The notes: generated from the letters alone by a model not told the origin. A stretch of DNA of 56,729 nucleotides from an uncultured Alphaproteobacteria bacterium (GCA_904502245.1 CAJGDN010000001.1:1-56729); one strand, 5' to 3'; positions 18,614 through 27,601 are shown, counted from the first letter of the stretch. Program-made: numbers and translations.

Positions 18614-19429
18614 TTATTGCAAGAATTGTGTAAGGTTTCCACCCAGGGATTTTAGTGCGCCGCCAACACCGCTGTTCGCGGAACCCTGGACAATTTGCAT
18701 AATTTGTGAAGTGTTTGTGCTTTGGCCCAGATTGCCGATTGAACCAACCAGGAATTCGCCCCACATTGCGCGTTTGCGTGCGTTTAATTTTGCGTTTGAA
18801 CAATTTTCAATTTTTGCCATTAATGTGCCAGCCATTTTGGCTTCGTCTGGGGTGTAATCTTGTTCGGAAAAATCAACCAGATTAAACAAATCGTACATAT
18901 TAGTGACATATTGTCTGTTTTTTTCTGCGCATGATGATTGGCTGGGGTCGTCTGTGCAATAATATGCCTTTTGTGCACGTGGATATTTGTGCCAAATCAT
19001 GTTTTTATCGCTGGAATCATCAAAATAATCATAACATATCAGCGATTCTTCTTCGGTGGCGGCCGCGATTTGTATGGATGTTTGGTATCCGCCGGTTGCG
19101 CTGCTGCATGCATGGATGTTCCCCAGTGAACTTTCCACTTCTGCAATTGTGGAAGCGCCAGTTTTTATCCATTCTTTGAATATTTTGTTAACGAATTCTA
19201 TGTCTTGGGCCGAAGGAATACATTCGGCGGTCAGTGCCTTTTGTTTGTTGGTTATGTCCTTGATGCCTGTATATAAATTTATAACCGTCGGTAATATGCT
19301 GGCCCCGGTTTGTTTTATGTCATTTTGTTTTGTGGTAACCGTTGCAGCCTTTTTAATTGTGACAGCATCTGCTGACACAAATTGTGTCATGCAAACCAAT
19401 CCGGCAAAAAGCAGTGATTTTACTTTCAT
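18614..19429 (-). CDS. secreted protein, unknown function (271 aa)
   Basis: Signal peptide MKVKSLLFAGLVCMTQFVSADA. 7 Cys in the mature part and a Gly/Ser-rich C-terminus. No family recognised. Confidence 0.6.
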   Translation of the reverse strand: MKVKSLLFAGLVCMTQFVSADAVTIKKAATVTTKQNDIKQTGASILPTVINLYTGIKDITNKQKALTAECIPSAQDIEFVNKIFKEWIKTGASTIAEVESSLGNIHACSSATGGYQTSIQIAAATEEESLICYDYFDDSSDKNMIWHKYPRAQKAYYCTDDPSQSSCAEKNRQYVTNMYDLFNLVDFSEQDYTPDEAKMAGTLMAKIENCSNAKLNARKRAMWGEFLVGSIGNLGQSTNTSQIMQIVQGSANSGVGGALKSLGGNLTQFLQ

Positions 19430-19515
19430 CTCTCTTGAAAGTAATTATAACATAAAAAATGGCACAGATAAATATAAAAATTGCATTTTTGTTATTTGCG
19501 CGCTAAACTGGGGGT

Positions 19516-19995
19516 GTGCACAAGGATAAACGTAATTTTATTATTTTGTCTAAACATAAACGACTGAAACGTTTGTGGCAGTTCTTCTTTACGGGTTGGG
19601 GACTGGTTATGGTGGCTGCACTGGTTGCGGGTGCATTGTTTACTAAGCAGTTGCTGTGGACACCAATTTCTGTAATTAATATGGCTGATATTGTCACAAA
19701 TCAATTTAAAATGTCGAATGCTGCATTTGTTGGTACTGATAAAAATGGCGAGCCGTTTAAATTGCGGGCCAGGGTAGGGTACCAGGAATATGATAGCCCA
19801 GATATTGTTTATATGGATACTGTTTCTGGTACGGTCAGTCGCGTTATGGGTGGAGCAAAGATTATTGATAATATTGTTGCAAAGCAGGGACAATATAATC
19901 GAAAAAATAAAACAATCACATTGATGGGGGATGTACGTGTGGATTCCAGCAATGGCGATAAACTGAGAACTGATGAATTGGTGATTAAGTTATGA
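19516..19995 (+). CDS. lptC: LptC-like LPS export protein (TM-anchored)
   Basis: GTG start. TM segment WQFFFTGWGLVMVAALVAGALF, then a beta-jellyroll-like region ending ITLMGDVRVDSSNGDKLRTDELVIKL. It overlaps the lptB start by 4 nt. Confidence 0.5.
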   Translation: MHKDKRNFIILSKHKRLKRLWQFFFTGWGLVMVAALVAGALFTKQLLWTPISVINMADIVTNQFKMSNAAFVGTDKNGEPFKLRARVGYQEYDSPDIVYMDTVSGTVSRVMGGAKIIDNIVAKQGQYNRKNKTITLMGDVRVDSSNGDKLRTDELVIKL

Positions 19996-20720
19996 AACAA
20001 TCGATATTACGTGTTCAACATTTGTCAAAAACATACGGAAAACGTATGGTTATTAAAGATGTTTCGTTAGAAGCGCGTCAAGGAGAGTCTGTCGGGTTGC
20101 TGGGGCCAAATGGTGCGGGTAAAACAACTGCTTTTTATTGTATAACGGGTCAATTGGCGGCAACAGGTGGACAGATATTCTTGAATTCTCAGGATATTAC
20201 GCATTTGCCGTTCTATCAGCGTGCGCGCCTGCATATCGGATATCTGCCCCAGGAAAATAGTGTTTTTCGTGGGTTGACGGTTGAACAAAATATTATGGCG
20301 ATTTTAGAGGTTGTTGAACCAGACAGAAAAAAACGTAAAAAGAAACTGGATTCATTGTTAGAAGAATTTTCAATCGCCAGTTTGCGTCACAGTCCAGCGA
20401 CTGCGTTATCGGGCGGTGAACGCAGACGTGTCGAAATTGCGCGTGCGTTGGCAAATGACCCAAAGTTTATTTTGTTGGATGAACCATTCGCGGGTATTGA
20501 TCCAATTGCAGTTAATGAAATTCGCAGTTTGGTGTCACAATTAAAAAACCGTGGTCTGGGCGTTATTATTACAGATCATAATGTTCGTGAAACATTAGGA
20601 ATTACAGATCGTAGTTATGTTTTGCATGATGGAAAGATATTGAAGCATGGAACAACATCTGAAATCGTTCAGGATGAAATGGTAAAGAAAGTTTATCTGG
20701 GGGAAGATTTCGTTATGTAA
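19992..20720 (+). CDS. lptB: LPS export ABC transporter ATP-binding protein LptB
   Basis: LSKTYGKRMVIKDVSLEARQGESVGLLGPNGAGKTT, LSGGERRRVEIARAL, ILLDEPFAGIDP. 242 aa. Confidence 0.92.
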   Translation: MKQSILRVQHLSKTYGKRMVIKDVSLEARQGESVGLLGPNGAGKTTAFYCITGQLAATGGQIFLNSQDITHLPFYQRARLHIGYLPQENSVFRGLTVEQNIMAILEVVEPDRKKRKKKLDSLLEEFSIASLRHSPATALSGGERRRVEIARALANDPKFILLDEPFAGIDPIAVNEIRSLVSQLKNRGLGVIITDHNVRETLGITDRSYVLHDGKILKHGTTSEIVQDEMVKKVYLGEDFVM

Positions 20721-20745
20721 AAAAACGGGGTGCGCCCCGTTTTTA
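20719..20745. terminator. bidirectional terminator shared by lptB and the kinase gene
   Basis: A7 - acgggg-tgcg-ccccgt - T5. It overlaps both stop codons. Confidence 0.75.
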
Positions 20746-21666
20746 TTTAGAAAATTGCCGTTCTAATGCCTTTATGTTTGATATTTGTTCACGCATAAAT
20801 GCAACCTTGTTTTCGTTATTATCTATGCTTTTTTGACATGTTGGATTATTACGCAGGTCGTCGGATGCCTTGATAAAACGTTTCAGTAATGCAACCATCA
20901 GGCGATACTTCATAATTTCGCGTAAGGCTGGATTTTGTATGCTGGGCATGCTGTATTCTGAATTGTTGTGCAGTTTACAGTATGTTTCGTACACAGGTCT
21001 GAAAATATTCAATTCAATTTGTAATGGTGCAAAAATATCACGGTAAATAAAGCGATAGTTTGCCTCAGCAAAGTCAATAAATGACAATGTACTGGTTTCT
21101 GGGTCGTAAATTACATTGCCTGGATTCAGGTCGCAATGCGACCATGCAGGACGTGTTTCATATTCAAATGTGCCAACACGATCGCGAATCGATGACATTT
21201 GGTAAACTTCTTCAGCGTTAAACCATTTTGACATTTTATTTGTTACGAAATTGTCCAGTCGATTAAATTTTAATTCAGATGCGATTTTGTGTTTTTGTAA
21301 TTCTTGGACCGGTTTTAATTCATTCATGTCAACCAAGAATGCGGCGATTCCGTCAATGATTTCATAACGTTGGCGACGTGAAACTGTGGAAAATAATTCG
21401 TGTGTTAATGGTTGGCCGTGGGCGCGTTCTTCCAATAACTGAAATTCATCATCCTTGATAAAGCGCATGCGTGGAATGTTATAGCGTGGATTACCAACAT
21501 TATAGATTTCATCAATTATTTCTTTTGTGCGATGTTGTTTCGCTAACCACTTTTGTCGTGCGTCATCACCCAATGTTGGCAGGGGGCGTTTCATAACAAA
21601 GTCTGCCCCAAAATCTGCGATATAGGTTTCTCGTCCGTGTATAAGATTTTTTAATACGTCTGCCAT
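20743..21666 (-). CDS. APH/choline-kinase-fold phosphotransferase
   Basis: Beta3 Lys FVMKRP, hinge LLEERAHGQPL, catalytic loop HCDLNPGNVIYD (HxDxxxxN), metal-binding FIDFAEA. 307 aa. Lies 4 nt downstream of the Fic-like gene. Confidence 0.7.
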   Translation of the reverse strand: MADVLKNLIHGRETYIADFGADFVMKRPLPTLGDDARQKWLAKQHRTKEIIDEIYNVGNPRYNIPRMRFIKDDEFQLLEERAHGQPLTHELFSTVSRRQRYEIIDGIAAFLVDMNELKPVQELQKHKIASELKFNRLDNFVTNKMSKWFNAEEVYQMSSIRDRVGTFEYETRPAWSHCDLNPGNVIYDPETSTLSFIDFAEANYRFIYRDIFAPLQIELNIFRPVYETYCKLHNNSEYSMPSIQNPALREIMKYRLMVALLKRFIKASDDLRNNPTCQKSIDNNENKVAFMREQISNIKALERQFSK

Positions 21667-21670
21667 GCTA

Positions 21671-22396
21671 TTAAATCGTTTTTGATTTTGTTAACAGTTT
21701 AATTATGTCTTCTTGGGAACGTATCATGCAGGACTGCATGTATGCATAGTATGCGCGTTTGTTTCCACTGGCATAATTCGCAATTGCTTCTTTGTACTTT
21801 TGTTTGTCTGTACGACGGTTGAATACGATTGGGCGATATCCCCCTTGGACCAGAATCCAATTCATAATCAGTCGCGCAGTACGTTTGTTGAAATCGTCAA
21901 ATGGTTGTAGTGCAATTAACTCATAATGAATTTTAAATGCGCGATGCAAAATGCTATCTTTGCTGTTTTTATAATTGTAAAAGATGTCATTAATGCCACG
22001 TTGTACTTTTTCGGGTCTTGGGGCGTGCATGCGTTGGCCGTTAACCGTTATCTCAATTATCTTGTTTGTGCTGCGATAGCGGGCGCCATCAATATGTGTG
22101 TTGGTGCATAATATGCCATGTATGTCCAGCAGGGCTTTCTCGTTAATTTCTGTATTGGGGTTTTCAAGTATGTAATCATATGCCAGCCCCAGATTGCGCA
22201 TGCAATTAAAATCAAGATATGGTTGCTGTTCCTTGCTTGGGACAAAGAACAAGGTGCGGGGTTCTGTGTATGAAATTTCATGTCGTAACCAGTTAACGTT
22301 ATTTAAACGCTTTATGCTGCCGGTGCCAGATAACATGTATGTTATAATCTCGCGATTATATTCAATTCTGCTTTTTAATTTCGGTGTTTTGGTCAT
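21671..22396 (-). CDS. Fic/Doc-fold protein with non-canonical motif QPFDDFNKRTAR
   Basis: ATG at 22396 after AAAGGAG. AFKIHYELIALQPFDDFNKRTARLIMNWILVQGGYRPIVF aligns to the canonical ..H....IHPFxDGNGRxxRL.mn..L...GyP. His is replaced by Gln (codon caa at 21905-21907 on the minus strand) and GNG by FNK. Confidence 0.75.
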   Translation of the reverse strand: MTKTPKLKSRIEYNREIITYMLSGTGSIKRLNNVNWLRHEISYTEPRTLFFVPSKEQQPYLDFNCMRNLGLAYDYILENPNTEINEKALLDIHGILCTNTHIDGARYRSTNKIIEITVNGQRMHAPRPEKVQRGINDIFYNYKNSKDSILHRAFKIHYELIALQPFDDFNKRTARLIMNWILVQGGYRPIVFNRRTDKQKYKEAIANYASGNKRAYYAYMQSCMIRSQEDIIKLLTKSKTI

Positions 22397-22556
22397 AGGA
22401 GGCTCCTTTGACTTGTTTATCGTTTTGATAAAAATATAGTACATTAAAACTCTTTTGTCAAGTTTTTGTGTGGGTTTTTATTTTTTCTAAAATTCGTATT
22501 GAAATGTGCGGTGGATTTGTTTTATGCTGTGCACTGAAATGTCTAAGGGGTTATGT

Positions 22557-23972
22557 ATGTTAAAGAATTTATTAGTATTATCAGCATTGTTTGTTCCATT
22601 TGTGGTTGATGCCGCGCCGAAAAAGAAAAAGGAAGAGCCGGTTGTGCATCTAACAGATTCCCAGATTTATGAAGAATTGAAAAAATTGGCTTTGGTTTTT
22701 GAGGTCGCGCGTGAAAATTTTGTAGAAGAGGCGGATGAAAAAAAGATGTTAGAGGCGGCAATGAACGGTATGTTGGGGGCTTTGGACCCACATTCTTCGT
22801 ATTTGTCGGCAGACGATTTCAAAGAATTTAGTGAAAAATCACACGGTGAATTTGGCGGCTTGGGTATTCAGATTACCAGTGATAAAGGCGCAGTGCGCGT
22901 TATTTCGCCAATTGATGATACGCCAGCAGCCAAGGCAGGAATTAAAGCCGGCGACTATATTACCCATATTGATGGTGAACAAGTGTTTGATTTGACATTA
23001 AATCAGGCGGTTAAGAAAATGAAAGGACGCCCAGGTACCAAGGTAAAATTAACAATTGTGTCAGATGATGGTGAATCCAAGACATTAACACTGAAACGTG
23101 CAATTATTAAGGTGGAATCAGTTAAGTCGTCTGAAAAAATGCTGGCGGGTGCAGATGCAGAAGACAAAGATACGCCAAAAATTGGCTACATTCGTATTTC
23201 TGATTTTGGCGCAACAACAGCACGTGATTTAAAAAAGGCATTGGAAAAATTAGAAAAAGCAGGTGTTATTGGATATGTTTTGGATGTGCGTAATAATCCA
23301 GGCGGATATTTGACTGCTGCGATTGAGGTGTCAGATGCGTTTCTGGATGCTGGAGAAATTGTTTCAACGCGTGGCAAGAAGAAATCTGATATTGAACGTG
23401 TATATGCAACGCCGGGGGATTTGGCAAACGGTAAACCAGTTGTGGTTTTGATTAATCATGGGTCGGCATCGGCATCTGAAATTGTTGCGGGGGCATTACA
23501 GGATAATGGACGTGGAATTGTTATGGGGTCACAGTCATTCGGTAAGGGCAGTGTTCAGCAACAAAAACCATTGGGAGATGGTACGGCAATTCATATCACG
23601 ATTGCGCGTTATTATACTCCGTCGGGTCGTTCAATTCAGAACGAAGGTATCACACCAGATGTAGAAGTGTTGCAGTCCAAGGTGGAAGTAATTGAAAAAA
23701 AAGAAAGTATGTATTCTGAGGCGTCATTTAAGAATTCATTGAAAAATGACAAGTCTAAGAAAAAGGATAAAAAGAAATCAGATAAAGGTGATAAGGATTC
23801 AGATGAAGAAACGCCATTTGAGGAATTGACAGACGAAGAAAAGGACGCACGTGATTATCAGTTGCAGCGTGCCATGGGAATGGTTGTTGCAATGGGGAAA
23901 TTGCAGTCGCGTGGCTATGTCGTTCCCGAACAGTTAGATATGGAATCAGAAGAAGCTGTTATAGAAGAATAA
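22557..23972 (+). CDS. ctpA: carboxy-terminal processing peptidase (S41) CtpA
   Basis: ATG at 22557 gives a signal peptide. PDZ domain GLGIQITSDKGAVRVISPIDDTPAAKAGIKAGDYITHIDG, catalytic NHGSASASEIVAGALQD and GKGSVQ. Lys/Asp/Glu-rich tail. Confidence 0.9.
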   Translation: MLKNLLVLSALFVPFVVDAAPKKKKEEPVVHLTDSQIYEELKKLALVFEVARENFVEEADEKKMLEAAMNGMLGALDPHSSYLSADDFKEFSEKSHGEFGGLGIQITSDKGAVRVISPIDDTPAAKAGIKAGDYITHIDGEQVFDLTLNQAVKKMKGRPGTKVKLTIVSDDGESKTLTLKRAIIKVESVKSSEKMLAGADAEDKDTPKIGYIRISDFGATTARDLKKALEKLEKAGVIGYVLDVRNNPGGYLTAAIEVSDAFLDAGEIVSTRGKKKSDIERVYATPGDLANGKPVVVLINHGSASASEIVAGALQDNGRGIVMGSQSFGKGSVQQQKPLGDGTAIHITIARYYTPSGRSIQNEGITPDVEVLQSKVEVIEKKESMYSEASFKNSLKNDKSKKKDKKKSDKGDKDSDEETPFEELTDEEKDARDYQLQRAMGMVVAMGKLQSRGYVVPEQLDMESEEAVIEE

Positions 23973-23977
23973 AAAAC

Positions 23978-24003
23978 TGCCCCAAAATTGGGGCGGTTTT
24001 TTA
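23978..24003 (+). terminator. ctpA intrinsic terminator
   Basis: ctgcccc-aaaatt-ggggcgg followed by T6. Confidence 0.75.
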
Positions 24004-24016
24004 TTGTCTTAAATAA

Positions 24017-24045
24017 TTGAATTTTTATTTTTCTTGTTTTATAAT
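24017..24045 (+). promoter_or_regulatory. sigma-70-like promoter TTGAAT-17-TATAAT
   Basis: TTGAAT at 24017-24022, TATAAT at 24040-24045, 17-nt spacer. It sits directly after the ctpA terminator. Confidence 0.45.
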
Positions 24046-24051
24046 GTTACA

Positions 24052-24298
24052 GAACCCAAAGGGATTTGGTTTCGGGGTCGTAAGAAAGCCCGCAAAAAAG
24101 CAATGTGATTTCGGTTGCATTGAATCCGCGACAATATTGAGGTGCGCGATGCGCATTTTTTATTGTCATTTGTGCCCCGCATGGTCGGGGGGCCGTCAGT
24201 TATACAATAGGTTTTCCCAAAGGCTGGCGGGGTCATGCTTTTTTGTGATTTTCTTAACCCACCCGACCGCCAATTTCCTTTGGCGGTACATTTTTTTT
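24052..24298 (+). ncRNA. candidate structured non-coding transcript(s), class unknown
   Basis: The predicted TSS is about 24052. There is an internal terminator-like hairpin tgcgc-gat-gcgca plus T6 (24143-24161) and a terminal terminator accgccaa-tttcct-ttggcggt...T8 (24266-24298). GC-rich complementary blocks occur at 24174-24180/24227-24233 and 24183-24192/24258-24268. No credible ORF. Confidence 0.3.
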
Positions 24299-24407
24299 AA
24301 AATGCAAGTAAAAATAGGAAACTTTTGCACTTGCATATTAAAATTTATGTGCTACGAATTAATCCATAGGAAAGAATTTTTATCTTAAACTTAGAAAAGG
24401 AGTGGCT

Positions 24408-27400
24408 ATGTCCAATAACAAACACTTTGCGGACCTGTTGAAAGTCTGCAGTATTTTGCCAGCCTTGGCGATTATGCCGGCAATGGCAGAGGTTCCAACT
24501 GTATCTGAGGTTGGGGTTGTAACAGGTAGTGGTTCTGGGGAAGTGTTGACACAGGCGATGTATTTTAATCCAGAAAAAGATATAATTTTTGAAAATGCTT
24601 TTTTTTCTGGGAATAAGAACACCAATGTATCTGGAAACGAAGCGTTTGGAACGGTTGTTTTTTCTAATATTGACTCGACTTTAACTTTTAACAATGTTAA
24701 ATTTGAGAATAATGAGAATGCGTATGTTGGTGGTGCAATAGCGAATTTTAAGGATGCTAAGTTTGTTGTAAATAATTCAAAGTTTATTGGAAATCATGCC
24801 CATTATGACGGTGGTGCAATTGGGAATTATGGTGGTTTGGTAATCAAAGATTCTTTGTTTGAAGGAAATACCGCTGATTATGATTATAATGAAGAAACAA
24901 AAGATTGGTCAATTGTTGTAGAAGATTCGACAGCGATTGGTGGTGGTGCGATTTCATTGGGGTCTATATCGCAAACGACCGTTGGTTCTATATTAGGGAC
25001 AACTTTTAAAAATAATAAATCTGGGACATATGGTGGTGCAATTGGTACGCGTTTTGCGCAGAAGAACAGTAATGCTGCTAAGTTAGATATTGAGGCAACG
25101 TTTGTTGGTAATGAGGCACTTAAAGATGGTGGTGCCATTTATAATACTTTTTATGAAGATAATGGGTTAGGCAAGGGTAATGGTGTTACAGTTGCGGGTG
25201 TCTTTGAAAACAATAAAGCTGGTCGTTATGGTGGTGCAATCTATAATGATGGGCGTCATGATATAAATGGCAAGGGTGGTGTTATGACGATTAACACATC
25301 TGTTTTTGAAGATAATCAGGCGAATTTAGCAAATGGTTACGGCGGTGCTGTCTTTAATTACTATGGTGATATGACAATTCAGGGCACTGCAGACAAGCGT
25401 GTTGTGTTTGAAGATAATATAGCATATGTTGGTGGGGCTTTCTCGGATATGCAGGTGACAAAAGATAATTCAGGTTTGGTGTCTAAAACAACAATTAAGC
25501 ATGCGTTATTTGAAGAAAATCATACAACGGCTGACGCAGGTGCTGCGGGTTTCTTTGGTGATGTTGATATAGAAGATGTTATTTTCCGTGAAAATACCGC
25601 TGCGATTGATTTTGATGGTAAAAAGGCATTGTTGAATGAATCTGATGGCGGTGGTGCGGTTCAGGTTGGTGGAACAGCAAATGTGACAATGAAGGATGTT
25701 ATGTTTGTTGAAAATGAATCTGGTGCACGTGGTGGTGCGATTTCCGCGCGTCATGGAACGAATTATACCCTGGATATTGATACGGCCGTATTTACAGCGA
25801 ACAAGTCTGGTAATTATGGTGGTGGTATCGCCAATGTTTATGGTGGAACAGTTGATATGAACGATGTTCAGTTTGTATCAAATAGTGCAGCCAAGGCAGG
25901 TGGGGCAATCTATAATGGTATTGATAAGAACTATGGTGTCCCTGGTGGCGTGATGTCAACAAATCATGGTGTCCTGAATCTGAGTGGAAATAATGTGTTT
26001 TCAGGTAACACTGCCGGTGAAAAGGGTGGCGCTATCTATAATGATGGTGGCATTATCACAATGTCGGGAAATAATACATTTGTAAATAATTTTGCAGGAA
26101 AGGGCTTGAATGATATTTACAATGATGGTGAACTGAATATTGTAGATGGTACGACCACGATTGGTGGTGGTATTTTGGGTAATGGTACGCTGACATTGGC
26201 GCAAGGTGCCACGTTGGATATTGGTAATTCTACGATTAAGCAAGGTGCGATTACTATTGAAGGTACAGTCACATTGTCTGTTTTGAGTAATCGTTCGTAT
26301 GGTCGTTTGCTTGCTGATGAAGGTTTGTTGAATATTAAGGATACGGCAGAATTGCAATTGTCTGTTGGTGGTGTTGGGGAATATGATATCTTTGATGGCA
26401 ATATTGCAAAGTTCAGCAAGATAACCTATGGTGATTCTTATTTGGTTGAAGAGTTGGATAATGGTGTTATCAAAGTCACAACAAAATCTGTTGAAGATTT
26501 GGCGGCAGATACCGGTTTGACAACACAGGCAGCGGGTGTGGTTGCATCATTGGCGAATTCACACAGTGATAAAATGCAAAATATCTCGTTGGTATTGCAG
26601 GAAATCTTGAATTCTGGCAATACGGAATTGGTTGAACAGGAATCCAAAAAACTGAATCCAGAAGACAAACCAGTTGCACAGTCGATTGCATCATCTGTTC
26701 AGAATCAGGTGCTGTCTTTGGCGTCTGGGCGTATGTCCGGCGGTGTAGCGATGGGACGTGCCGGTGGTGATACGGCCCAGGAAAATGGTTTCTGGATGCA
26801 TGGTTTGTTTAACAAATCAAAATTGGACGATCAATTCCATGGGTATACACGTGGTGTCGCATTTGGTATGGATACAGTAATTGATGGCAAATACACATTG
26901 GGTGGTGGTTTGGCGTTCAATAATTCTGATGTTCATTCTGATGGTCGTGGACATACAGATATCGACAGCAAGACATTGTTTGTCTATGGTCAGTATAAAC
27001 CAAATAAATGGTTCGCAAATTTGGCGCTGACATATACTATGTCTGAATATGATGAAGAAACAAACATTTTAAACACAAAAATTAATGATGTGTATGACGT
27101 TGATTCATATGGTGCACAAATCATGACAGGTTATGATTTTGCAACAGGTATTACAACCGATGCTGGTTTACGTTATCTGCATATTGCCCAGGATGAATAC
27201 ACCAAAGAAACAGGCGCCAAGGTTGCAGCAGTAGATACAGATTTGTTGACAGCTGTTGCAGGTCTGAAATATGCGTTCGCAATTGAAAATGATTGGGCTG
27301 TAAAACTGCAACCAGAATTGCGTGCAGCATTGACATATGACCTGATTAGCGAAGCTGATGCCGCTGTTGTTGATATGCCAGGGGTTGCATCATATAAGGT

Positions 27401-27554
27401 CGCGGGTGAACAGATGAACCGTTTGGGCGGTGAATTTGGTATCGGTTTGACTGCAGACTATAAAGGTTTGAAAGTCACATTGATGTATGATTTGGATCTG
27501 CACAAGGATTATACATCACAGACTGGTATGTTGAAATTCCGCAGTCAGTTCTAA
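24408..27554 (+). CDS. autotransporter with polymorphic-membrane-protein (Pmp, GGAI) repeats
   Basis: ATG at 24408 after AAAAGGAG. More than 15 GGAI(x)N / FxxN repeat units (GGAIANF, GGAIGNY, GGAIYNTF, GGAIYNDG...). C-terminal beta-barrel domain of about 280 aa ending in MLKFRSQF. Confidence 0.85.
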   Translation: MSNNKHFADLLKVCSILPALAIMPAMAEVPTVSEVGVVTGSGSGEVLTQAMYFNPEKDIIFENAFFSGNKNTNVSGNEAFGTVVFSNIDSTLTFNNVKFENNENAYVGGAIANFKDAKFVVNNSKFIGNHAHYDGGAIGNYGGLVIKDSLFEGNTADYDYNEETKDWSIVVEDSTAIGGGAISLGSISQTTVGSILGTTFKNNKSGTYGGAIGTRFAQKNSNAAKLDIEATFVGNEALKDGGAIYNTFYEDNGLGKGNGVTVAGVFENNKAGRYGGAIYNDGRHDINGKGGVMTINTSVFEDNQANLANGYGGAVFNYYGDMTIQGTADKRVVFEDNIAYVGGAFSDMQVTKDNSGLVSKTTIKHALFEENHTTADAGAAGFFGDVDIEDVIFRENTAAIDFDGKKALLNESDGGGAVQVGGTANVTMKDVMFVENESGARGGAISARHGTNYTLDIDTAVFTANKSGNYGGGIANVYGGTVDMNDVQFVSNSAAKAGGAIYNGIDKNYGVPGGVMSTNHGVLNLSGNNVFSGNTAGEKGGAIYNDGGIITMSGNNTFVNNFAGKGLNDIYNDGELNIVDGTTTIGGGILGNGTLTLAQGATLDIGNSTIKQGAITIEGTVTLSVLSNRSYGRLLADEGLLNIKDTAELQLSVGGVGEYDIFDGNIAKFSKITYGDSYLVEELDNGVIKVTTKSVEDLAADTGLTTQAAGVVASLANSHSDKMQNISLVLQEILNSGNTELVEQESKKLNPEDKPVAQSIASSVQNQVLSLASGRMSGGVAMGRAGGDTAQENGFWMHGLFNKSKLDDQFHGYTRGVAFGMDTVIDGKYTLGGGLAFNNSDVHSDGRGHTDIDSKTLFVYGQYKPNKWFANLALTYTMSEYDEETNILNTKINDVYDVDSYGAQIMTGYDFATGITTDAGLRYLHIAQDEYTKETGAKVAAVDTDLLTAVAGLKYAFAIENDWAVKLQPELRAALTYDLISEADAAVVDMPGVASYKVAGEQMNRLGGEFGIGLTADYKGLKVTLMYDLDLHKDYTSQTGMLKFRSQF

Positions 27555-27574
27555 AAAAAAAGTGCGAAATAAGA

Positions 27575-27601
27575 ATCCCCGCCGATTGGCGGGGATTTTT
27601 T
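27575..27601. terminator. bidirectional terminator (autotransporter / small Cys-rich ORF)
   Basis: atccccgcc-gatt-ggcggggat followed by T5, with an A-rich run upstream (27553-27561). Confidence 0.75.

Noticed and set aside
24052-24298. Possible tmRNA (including the two-piece alphaproteobacterial type), RNase P RNA, SRP/4.5S RNA, 6S RNA or a known riboswitch
   Set aside because: There is no GGTTCGA-type T-arm followed by ACCA. There is no alanine-ending tag reading frame. A GGATTCAAT-like string occurs only on the minus strand, without an acceptor stem. ACAGAACCC (RNase P CR-V-like) is present, but GGAAAGTCCGG and GGTAAGGGTGAAA are absent and the length is too short. There is no GGAA/AGCA SRP domain IV, and no B12, TPP, ZTP or GEMM boxes. 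The class is left unassigned.
24017-24388. 123-aa + strand ORF in the ctpA/autotransporter spacer
   Set aside because: It starts at TTG inside the -35 box and reads straight through two hairpin+T-run terminators. Its sequence is Cys/Phe-rich and low-complexity, and it has no SD. It is treated as non-coding (see the ncRNA candidate).
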